The notes below the pieces were generated by a model that made no database searches, was not told the DNA's origin, and saw only the letters and a program-made list of their open reading frames with translations. From contig JAHLWZ010000531.1 of the NCBI GenBank assembly GCA_020536535.1, positions 1 through 43,575 on the forward strand: a stretch of DNA of 43,575 nucleotides, given 5' to 3'. The position numbers were made by a program, and so were the translations under genes. This stretch comes from Pelomyxa schiedti (taxonomy: Eukaryota; Protista; Evosea). Shown here piece after piece: positions 34,501-43,575 of this stretch; the stretch's first letter is position 1, and every line of letters begins with the position of its first letter.

Positions 34501-36497
34501 CAGTGAAATGGAAGAGAAGCACTTCTGTGGAAACGTCAGAATGTCAGGGAAAGGCTTAGTTTACCGTCTTGTGATGGAGGGTGCATTTTGCCAGACACTC
34601 TAAATGGAATAGCAATAGGACATGGCGTAGAAGGGAACACATCGTCGACGCGACGTCCAGATGTGTCTGTGGCATGAGAGAAGAAGAGTTGCGGAGTTTG
34701 AATTTGCCGTAATATATCAGTCCTAAATTTTGGTAAGGATTCACGAAGGGGAAGACAATGGCAAACAGTGAAGATTGTTTCAAATTGAAGAAGGCGCCCC
34801 CAGATTTTCCTGCTATTTTCTTGAAGAGGTTACTTCGTGCCAAGCAAGGATTATCATACCTTGAGGGAAGAAAAATCTGCCTCTGTTGCTGAGCAAATAG
34901 TGAATATTGGAGTTGGGAAATCAAGTCTCTCCTCCTCTGTATTCCAAGACGAGAAGCCATCAGAAAATAGAATGGCAATTGATGAGGGTAATTGGCTAGC
35001 TCTCTCAATAGCGATACTTAAGTTTGTTGCTCCATCATAAATACAATTGTTACTCAGGAAAGGAACAATTTCGCCTGAATCAGTTGCCTATAAGATTGAC
35101 GTAAACACTATAAAAACATAAAATGACGAACTGCAAATTTAGTCTCAGTGATAATGGCGTCGGCGAACACCGTTAAGGTGACACGACACCTCAGGGAAGT
35201 TCCTAATGCATTTATCAAGTCAAATTCACTGCTCAGAGTTGAGAATTAAAATGGCAGGAAGTACTTACAGGGTCTTATCGGTAGTTGAGCGGCTCCTGGA
35301 GGAGTCCCAAAGGAACGTAATGTCTGTCAAAGGTCTTTGGTGAAGACTTTCAATTCCAAATTGCCGCTTTAAATCCTCCGCATCTTGCAGGCACCAGAAA
35401 AAGGAATCTTCCTCCACAGTATCTATACTGCGCGGGAGCGTTGTACAAAGAACAGTCACCTCTGAACTTTCATTGCGTTGCGGAATACCCTCAATGCTTG
35501 CACTGCCTGAGAGCCTTGTGTTCCGGGTCTCGCATTCAAAGGTCCATTCACTCGTAAATCCTCTGCTTGAGGAAGGAGTCAAGTGCATTGGTTGTGATGC
35601 AGGAGAATTGTGCAGTTTGATTGTTGGTGACGATTCACTGCTTATTCCAACTACCTTGCCCTATTAACCGGGTTGCACCAGTATGTCAGAAAAGGAAATA
35701 CCGAAAATTGGAAACCTGGAATCGATAGAGAAGGACATCAGAGTGCACCGACAAGGGAAATATGTATGAACCAGTATTTCCAGCAATAACCAGGTCCTGT
35801 GTGAATGCTATCTTCACAACTCGTGTGCCTCCAACCGGGAAAGGGAACACCCGAACTCTGAATACATTTCCGGACACCTGCTCTGCAATTGCAGCTCCGC
35901 GCTTCTCCCTCACCTCAGCTTCAAACGTGGCCCTGGCCTTTTCCTTGCTCACGACCACAGCATCCACCATTTCACCTATTTCACAAGTTCAGCTTATCTT
36001 TCAGCTTTCGTTCAGCACTTTACACGCTCCATCATAATCACAGCATCAACCAAACCCGTAGCAAAGCACAGCAATAATAACACCATTGTAACGACATTAA
36101 TATTATTATGACAATCAGAAGCACAGCCAGAGTATATATTCCTACATCATAAAGGTACAACAGCAACATATGTATACACACCATTCACATCAATAGCATA
36201 TGAGCACACGGTGCTGTCCTGCGGCAACGGGAACACCATTTCGCACTCCATGTCCCCAGTCCCATAATTTCCTCCGGCCCCGGCCCCGACGCCGCCATCG
36301 TCCCCGCCGCGGGGGCGCGAGAAAGTGGCGACGACTGTGGTCTCGGACATGAACCCCGCCACGACCACGGAAACGTCGACGAGAGTGGGCCAGAACACCG
36401 CACCGTCGCCGGAGCCGGTCTTCTCGACCAACATAAGGCACCCCCCGGCGCCCGAACCGTCGCGGTCCCCCACCACACCCGCACTACAACTGGCCAT
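30634..36497 (-). CDS. Large multi-exon VIT...TPR-like...DUF2135 protein with inserted helical repeats and a SNARE motif
   Basis: VIT (CEMVFPLP, AIDVNG|EMVDAVVVSKEKARATFEAEVR, NVFRVRVFP); FLWDSSRSR, YDGAT, LFSDG, SGG.FFNL, FVTPNTSLIVLETLDQ; RILSNLAE, LRGEEPQSYRDLAL, WDVRFEQIE; DLR.VLTWDTD, GYGPVE. Stop 30634. Confidence 0.85.
33207..33566 (-). repeat. Three tandem 120-nt (40-aa) coding repeats
   Basis: tc(t/g)tgggcttctct recurs at 33301, 33421 and 33541; units share E-R-E-A-x-(E/D)-(R/K)-(I/M)-R-x-A-I. Confidence 0.85.
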
Positions 36498-36570
36498 CTT
36501 GCTGTCCACAAGGGCGTAGGGTTTTTTTTTGGTTCTTGTCGGTTGTACAAAACGAAAGAAAAACGAAACC

Positions 36571-37932
36571 ATGGACGACTACGACAGCGATGAGGCGGAA
36601 TCGGGGGACGATGCTGTTGTGTCCGAAAGGGGAGTACCCACAATTGTGGTGCACCTGGACGCGCGCGAGCAGTTCGTCGGCCTGGCGATGTCGTGCCACC
36701 GCCGCTGCGGAGCCGCCTCCCCAGCTCGCCTGATTACCTCCCAGCCCACCGGCCTGCGCCAATTATGGGACTTGTGGACCCGAGGGTCCTCCTCCTCAGC
36801 CACGTGCACGTGCCTCGGGCTCGTGGCGTCATCCCGCCCCGACGAAAGGGTCTATGAGACGACGTTGATTTCCCTCAGGGTGTCAGACATCGGCGGAGTA
36901 GTGCCTTCCTCGGTGCACATTGGTCCCACAACTGAAATCGGAGGGGTTCTGTATCACAGGTGCTGGTGCGTCGCCGATCCGGCCACGTACCGTCACTGCG
37001 GCTTCAGAGCATTCGAGAAGGTGACCAAGTGGTCTCCCACAATCATGAAAATCGCATGCATGTACCGCCTGTGCATAACACCCCCTGAGGAACAACAAGA
37101 ATCATCATCATCAGCAGCAACTACTACAATCAGAAAGACCAACAAAAGGAATAGGGTTACCAAGTGCCTGTATGATGAGGGGGACCTGTATTCATTGGGT
37201 GTGGCAAACTGCAAGTGGTGGGTGTACTGTCACTTGAGAGGTACCAAGGTCCTTATTTCCAGGATTACTGAGGACAGCCACAGTGCTGTCACTCTGGATA
37301 AACATCTGTGCTTCTTCTTCTTCAACAGGACCAATCCCGATGAAGCTGTGATGGTGGAGGACACTGAAAGTGCATCCTCCTTCATTTTTTCCTTGATTGA
37401 CGTTGCACAGACCCATTCCAGTGCAACTGCAAGGAAATTGAGTGAAACAACTTGGATCAACACTGGGTTCTCCATGATACCCAAAACAGGCCTTGTTTTC
37501 CACGACATCCATGGCAGCCAAGGAGGTGCTTATCCCAGGGTTTTCCTTTTTCTGGTTGGAGGATTTGGCACCAAAGAATTGTATGCAATTGAGGAATGCA
37601 CCGGAAATGAAAAGCTAATATCTGAAAATGTGAAGGCTGTGTCACAACTCAATGACGCGGTGTTCTGTGTATCACTTTCGGACAGACCAGAGTATCAGTT
37701 GTGGGATGCGTACCACACAAAAGAAAGTCCACTGAGGATTGTGACATGGGACAACACAACAGGATTGTGGTCCTGGGATTTCGTGATTGCAGAGAGTGGG
37801 TTCCTTTTCCACCACAAAAAGGGTGAGTCTAGTACTGTAGTTCAAGTGACTGACTCCGCGACGACAACCCTCGTTCTGTCCCTCAAACTCCCTCCAAAGT
37901 CAACGTCACGTGTTTGTGGATTTGCCATTTAA
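36571..37932 (+). CDS. Orphan ARDQ-superfamily protein, divergent subtype C, intronless
   Basis: AREQFVGLAMSCHRRCGAASPARL, NCKWWVYC, LIDVAQTHSS and GFLFH motifs align with subtypes A and B. Confidence 0.85.
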   Translation: MDDYDSDEAESGDDAVVSERGVPTIVVHLDAREQFVGLAMSCHRRCGAASPARLITSQPTGLRQLWDLWTRGSSSSATCTCLGLVASSRPDERVYETTLISLRVSDIGGVVPSSVHIGPTTEIGGVLYHRCWCVADPATYRHCGFRAFEKVTKWSPTIMKIACMYRLCITPPEEQQESSSSAATTTIRKTNKRNRVTKCLYDEGDLYSLGVANCKWWVYCHLRGTKVLISRITEDSHSAVTLDKHLCFFFFNRTNPDEAVMVEDTESASSFIFSLIDVAQTHSSATARKLSETTWINTGFSMIPKTGLVFHDIHGSQGGAYPRVFLFLVGGFGTKELYAIEECTGNEKLISENVKAVSQLNDAVFCVSLSDRPEYQLWDAYHTKESPLRIVTWDNTTGLWSWDFVIAESGFLFHHKKGESSTVVQVTDSATTTLVLSLKLPPKSTSRVCGFAI

Positions 37933-37994
37933 ATTCAGAAAAATAAAGTTCCAGCTTAGTTATTTTCCTTCCTTTTCCGTCTTGTAAGGTTTGT

Positions 37995-38629
37995 TTACTG
38001 GAGGGCAATGGCCGTGATTTCAACGCCGGCATTCTTGGGGAGTTTCTGTGTTGTAACTGTGAGTATGATGTTTGGGTTGTATTATCACTTACCGCTTCAA
38101 TTGTAGTGCGAGCAGGGAACGATCCAGTGAAGTGCTTAGCGTATTCGGCGTTGAACTCAGCAAAGTCTAGTGTTTATTACATTAGGTGGCGTTATACCAA
38201 GGTATAAAGGAAGGATTGGGTGATACTGTTCATGTCACTGAGGTATACGTTCGTAGAAACTATTTTGTTCATGCTGCTTCCAGCCGCTTCAAGAATCTGT
38301 GTTCATGTGAATTAGTCTTCGTGGAGTAAAGTCCCACAATAACAACACACACCGCGGCGATGTTTCGGAGGACGAGGTTCGTCTGTTCAGTGATAGATCC
38401 TGTGCACATTTGACCAGTCCTAGCGTCCAACGGTATTGCCCCACTGCAATAAACCATCCCTAATTTTATCCCTTATTACCACAACAAAGGCGTTGCACCA
38501 AAAAAAGGGAAAAAATAAAATAACACGCGGTGTACCATTTGCCTTGATTGCCTGGGAGTATGGGCCGATGGCCGACGGCGCGTTGGGTGTCGACACGACC
38601 TCTCGCTGTTGTGTTGTCGTAGTGGCCAT
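37995..38629 (-). CDS. RIDA: RidA/YjgF/UK114 reactive-intermediate deaminase, multi-exon
   Basis: APSAIGPYSQAIKANG|MVYCSGAIPLD...TEQT...ILEAAGS...VYLSDMN|.FAEFNAEY...FPARTTIEA|KLPKNAGVEITAIALQ*. Confidence 0.93.
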
Positions 38630-38741
38630 CGTTCCGGTGATGTCACGAGTGTCTTTTGATTGGTTTTCGGTTCTTTCTTGGGGTTGTTTGTGCAACTCCG
38701 TTGAACTTGGGAGAGCGAGGGCCCCCCCTATTAATACCACA

Positions 38742-40705
38742 TTAACTCTTGGACACAGGCGGATCAGGATGGTCCTCTGGCTTGAATCCCTGGGCCAGTG
38801 CTAGTTCCGTGAGCCTGTCGGCCTCTGAATCCTCTCCCAATGTCCTGCGGTACTCCCCCAAGTTGTATTGTGCCCAGTCATGTCCCTGCTTTGCTGCTTG
38901 GGTGAACAGTGAAACAGCAAGCTGCTGTGCATGTGCTGTTCCCGTGGAATCAACAACCGTGTTGTAGTTGCGTTTGTAGAACATTCCAAGGTAGTTCTGT
39001 GCACAGGCATAGCCTTGGTCTGAGGCTTCCTTCAAGAGGCGCAGGGCCTCTGCTAGATTCTGGGTTTTGCCAACTAGTTCAGTGCCGTTCAGGTGTGCTA
39101 CGGCCTGGAATGTGAGTGCGAGTGGGTTCTTTTGTTTCACTGAGAGGTTGATGTGGTGCCTAGATTCCCTCCAGTCCACAACCCCTTCTCCAGCGTAGCA
39201 CTTTCCAAGGTAGAACTGGGCAAAACTGTTCTTACTGGTATCTGCTGAAAGCCTGAAATAGGTTGTAGCCTTTTTTGCATCTTTTCCAATTCCAATTCCA
39301 TTGAGGTATACAAACCCAAGAAGCAGGTTCACAACTCCAATACAACTGGTAGAAGTATCTGCTGTGTCCTTTGAAAAAGGTAGTTTGCCAAACAGACTCC
39401 GCCTTTTAGTGGCTGATGCAGTTTGTACATGTTGTTGATGTGCTTCTGTATCCATGCTTAGTGCAATTCGGTGCAGGAGCTCATGACATGGAGTGCAGGC
39501 CTTGGCTTTATTTAGTAAGGCATGCAGTGGGAACACGTCATGAGCGGGTGGAAAGAGATCGGGCTTGAGGCTGAATATGAACCTTGAGAGAATATAACAC
39601 ACTGCAGCCACATCAGATGATTCAGGGAGGAGATTTCGGTCACATGCTTGTTTGGCTTTGGAAAGGTCTCCTGCTGTATAGAGCTGAATGGCTTGCACAA
39701 TTGCATCCTCATCTAAATAAATTTGTGTAAGTTTCACAACACTTACTCTTCATTCATAATATCATAATATCAATGTTGGGCGTTCATACTGCTTAACAGT
39801 GTAACTTCTACTTCGGGACCCCACGGGCCTCTTCGGCCTCCATGCCTGGATTGAAGGCAAGCTCTGATGTGGTGTTTTGATTTAGCCGGGAGGTTGCGTA
39901 GTGTGACTTCTGGAGTTTGACTTGTTTGAATTTCTGTGTTACGGTCAACGACATACAACAACGGTTCAGCTTGTTCAGTTTCTGACTCGGGAGTGATGCG
40001 TATTGTAAGAGAAGATGCAGTCTTAGTTATTATATGTACCGCTGGTCCTTCTTTTTGGGCTTGAGTAAAAGAATCGAGCATATGGATCATACTTTCAAAA
40101 CGCAACTCATAGATATTCTTGATTATAATAGGAATGTACTTATCGTTTTGTAGTCTAAACCCAACGGCTTGTTCACATGGATCCAGTTTAAGCTCTTGAC
40201 ATTTCTAAAACATATAATATTACAACGGGGAATTGAGAATTAGTCATTTCCGACAACCTGTATATGTTCTTGAGCACTTGTGATGATGTGAGATACATCC
40301 CCGTCATCGGATTTCTGTATTTCCTTCATTTCATTCTGCAGTCTGGACAACTTGTTTGCCGCTTTAACGAGGGCCCTGTTCTGACTCTCCAGCCTGCCCA
40401 TAAGAGTATGGGCTTTGGTTATAACCGCATTCTTCCTCTTGGTCAGCAACCGAATCAACCTGTCAAACACATCACTGGCCTCTTTCACCAGTGCTTTGTA
40501 GTTCTATGAGCGAGAGTTAATAGATCCCTCCAAGGGAAATTCGCTTAATTACCTGCTTTGATTCAAGTGACTTTGCGCTCACAACCTCAATTGCATGTCG
40601 CAGTTCCGTTTCGGTGCTACACAGCTGTCCCATAATGAGGTCCGCCATCGCCCTACCTGTTGGCGACGCGGCCGCATCGTCGCCTTGTCTTTTTGCTCTG
40701 GACAT
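38742..40705 (-). CDS. Coiled-coil + FN3-like + Sel1-repeat protein, multi-exon
   Basis: Helical exons 40705-40240; FN3-like TASSLTIRI...LRNLPAKSKHHIRA...GPWGPEV; a phase-1 GT-AG intron joins it to the Sel1 ORF (LGFVYLNGIG, AQFYLG, AQNYLGMFY, AQYNLG). Confidence 0.75.
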
Positions 40706-41058
40706 CCAAGTTGCAAACGCCACAAAATAACTTTTGATTGGTGTGGCGGGGAGCCGCGGAGGGGTGGTTAGCGCTATAGAACTGGGGAAGCGGATTTTAG
40801 TTACTCCCGCACTATGCGGCTTCACCACCACACATTACTTCTCTAATTTACGGCGGGTGTTTCAGGTCTTCTGATAGAGGAAGCCTGGAACGCGTCACTT
40901 GGGATTTGGTGGGAAAAAGCGCTTGTTTGCTCAGCCAGGGATTCTGGGTCAAATCTAACGAATAGCTCGAATTCCTGGGGTAGCCCAAATTTCTAACCGA
41001 GGTACCTTTGCCACAATTGGGTTTCGGAGAAGCGGAAAGGAACTTGGTAAAAAACTTG

Positions 41059-43548
41059 TTACCTACAAGAGTAGAGTCGTGTGAACATGGTGAAGGACCT
41101 GAACAACTGAAAGGTGACAATTGTCACACCAGTAAACCCATCAGTGACGTGTATCTCCCTTCGGGAGTCACTCACCTGGAACAGCAGCCCACCTGCGGCA
41201 TGTGGAGTGTCAGAGCAATCAGTGGCGTGGTGGTTCTGTGTCTTCCTCAGTGGCTTGCTTGTGTCGTTGAAATCCCACACTTCATAGGTACTCAGATCTT
41301 GGTGGAAAGAATACAGATGACAGTCATCCATCTCTGCTATCCGCCCCTTGATATTTTCTATTTTTTGCAGTCTGCCAGATACTTCCTCAACTGAATAAAC
41401 ATCTGCTTTGGGCCTCTTTTTACCACGGTGCACAGCAAATTGACGAACACCGCCCTCTCGCGTCATCACGTGACAACTTGCCCGGGGTAAGTCAACATTG
41501 TAAGAAAGGTGCAAGTCATCCCATCGCGGGACAGTCGAACTTAACACAGCCAGTTTCTTTGACGAACACGTTTGCTCAAGGTCAACCAAAAGTATCTCAA
41601 AGAAGCCTTTCCTGTCATAGAACCACATCAACAAGTGGTCGTCATTGGCGCTGGAGAAGTTACAGTCGCACTTGAGCTGCACTCTTCCAGCGCCAGCCAG
41701 CACCCCATCAAGTGGAACAACAGTTGGCTCCGCATTTGCCCATGAACCCCGCCGTGATGATGATGAAGATGATGACGATTCCGATGCCGCCACACCCTTC
41801 GTTGGTATCTCGAAAACAACCATCTCCCTAATCGGCGCCTTTTCACACAGCACCATCCACTTGCCGTTGGTCTCCCAGTCGTACTCCTCCCTATTGTTCA
41901 CCATCAGGGCCGTCCTCTGGCCGGTGGCCCTGTCCTGCAGGCACAGCAGCGCCCCACCCTCGATCTGCTGGACGACCAGGAAGTCGCGGTTGGCGCCGAC
42001 CAGGTTCTCGCGCTGCCTCTCGACCCACCACCGGACGTCGCCCTCGTGCGTCAGAGTCAGCAGCGTCGGCGACACCTCGAACGTGACCATCACCGCGTCT
42101 GCNNNNNNNNNNNNNNNNNNNNNNNNNNNNNNNNNNNNNNNNNNNNNNNNNNNNNNNNNNNNNNNNNNNNNNNNNNNNNNNNNNNNNNNNNNNNNNNNNN
42201 NNATTTTCTATTTTTTGCAGTCTGCCAGATACTTCCTCAACTGAATAAACATCTGCTTTGGGCCTCTTTTTACCACGGTGCACAGCAAATTGACGAACAC
42301 CGCCCTCTCGCGTCATCACGTGAAAACTTGCCCGGGGTAAGTCAACATTGTAAGAAAGGTGCAAGTCATCCCATCGCGGGACAGTCGAACTCAACACAGC
42401 CAGTTTCTTTGACGAACACGTTTGCTCAAGGTCAATCAAAAGTATCTCAAAGAAGCCTTTCCTGTCATAGAACCACATCAACAAGTGGTCGTCATTGGCG
42501 CTGGAGAAGTTACAGTCGCACTTGAGCTGCACTCTTCCAGCGCCAGCCAGCACCCCCCCATCCAGTGGAACAACAGTTGGCTCCGCATTTGCCCATGAAC
42601 CCCGCAGTGATGATGAAGAAGATGATGACGCCACACCCTTCGTTGGTATCTCGAAAACAACCATCTCCCTAATCGGCGCCTTTTCACACAGCACCATCCA
42701 CTTGCCGTTGGTCTCCCAGTCGTACTCGTCCCTATTGTTCACCATCAGGGCCGTCCTCTGGCCGGTGGCCCTGTCCTGCAGGCACAGCAGCGACCCACCC
42801 TCGATCTGCTGGACGACCAGGTAGTCGCGGTTGGCGCCGACCAGGTTCTCGCGCTGCCTCTCGACCCACCACCGGACGTCGCCCTCGTGCGTCAGAGTCA
42901 GCAGCGTCGGCGACACCTCGAACGTGACCATCACCGCGTCTGCNNNNNNNNNNNNNNNNNNNNNNNNNNNNNNNNNNNNNNNNNNNNNNNNNNNNNNNNN
43001 NNNNNNNNNNNNNNNNNNNNNNNNNNNNNNNNNNNNNNNNNNNAGTCGCGGTTGGCGCCGACCAGGTTCTCGCGCTGCCTCTCGACCCACCACCGGACGT
43101 CGCCCTCGTGCGTCAGAGTCAGCAGCGTCGGCGACACCTCGAACGTGACCATCACCGCGTCTGCCAGGTACTTCCGGGGCTTGCTGGTGATGAAGGCCAT
43201 GCAGTAGAACCTCGAGTTGTCGACAAGCCAGGCCCACAGCAGCCTCAGGGCCAGGACCCCGGCGGATTCGTCGGTCCCATAATGGCACGGCGCCGCCAGG
43301 TGCAACAGGGGGGACCGGGCGCCGCAGCGCGGGTGGGTGCCGGCGGCCAGGGCGCAGACTTGGTCCCTCGCGGTCTCCTTCTTTGTTGTGGTCTTGACTT
43401 TTGTTTTGACCTTCTGCGTGGCCATCGACGTGGCGATTGTGTGAGTAGTCTTTGTTTTGGTGCGAGACGCGGGTGCCAGGGTGACTACCGGCGCAGCTTG
43501 GCGCCGCCTGTGCCCTGGTTGCTTGTGACCCGAGTTATGGGAAGGCAT
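41059..43548 (-). CDS. Orphan ARDQ-superfamily protein, subtype A (A4), split over two gaps with a redundant middle
   Basis: N-terminus 43548-43044 (ARDQVCALAAGTHPRCGARSPL) overlaps 42943-42203 and 42102-41059; most likely one intronless gene of roughly 475 aa. Confidence 0.75.
42103..43043. other. Two assembly gaps enclosing a variant duplicate of 41353-42102
   Basis: N runs at 42103-42202 and 42944-43043; 42823-42943 matches 43044-43164 (121 bp). Confidence 0.9.
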
Positions 43549-43575
43549 CGAGCACTCCAACAAAACATCGGCCCG

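Noticed and set aside
1-43575. rRNA, tRNA or CRISPR arrays
   Set aside because: None recognised by eye; tRNAscan-SE/Infernal were not run, so small RNAs cannot be excluded.

Overview
Gene-dense, intron-rich eukaryotic (protist) scaffold with short GT-AG introns, the standard code and five 100-N gaps. The gene style is Amoebozoa-like, probably an archamoeba such as Pelomyxa; this is an inference, not a database result. Manually spliced genes: a triple-C2 protein with a GYPP tail, a Rab1/8-like GTPase (switch II DTAGHE), CSN2, a Slob/PXK-like membrane pseudokinase with WH2, LTV1, an RS/RGG protein with a Chtop/ALYREF-type C-terminus, a PQ-loop transporter, a bacterial-style VIT...TPR-DUF2135 protein, RidA and an FN3+Sel1 protein. 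Interleaved are eight intronless members of one orphan superfamily (N-terminal ARDQ/AREQ motif, three subtypes); six sit in an alternating-orientation array at 2.4-12.6 kb. Top observations: (1) a Qc-SNARE motif plus 3x40-aa helical repeats spliced into the middle of the VIT-DUF2135 protein; (2) a 1.53-kb TA-flanked, nested-palindromic foldback element forming almost the whole spacer between two orphan genes; (3) head-to-head pairing of orphan subtypes that carry an F-box-like N-terminus. All spliced gene models were built by eye and need RNA-seq confirmation.
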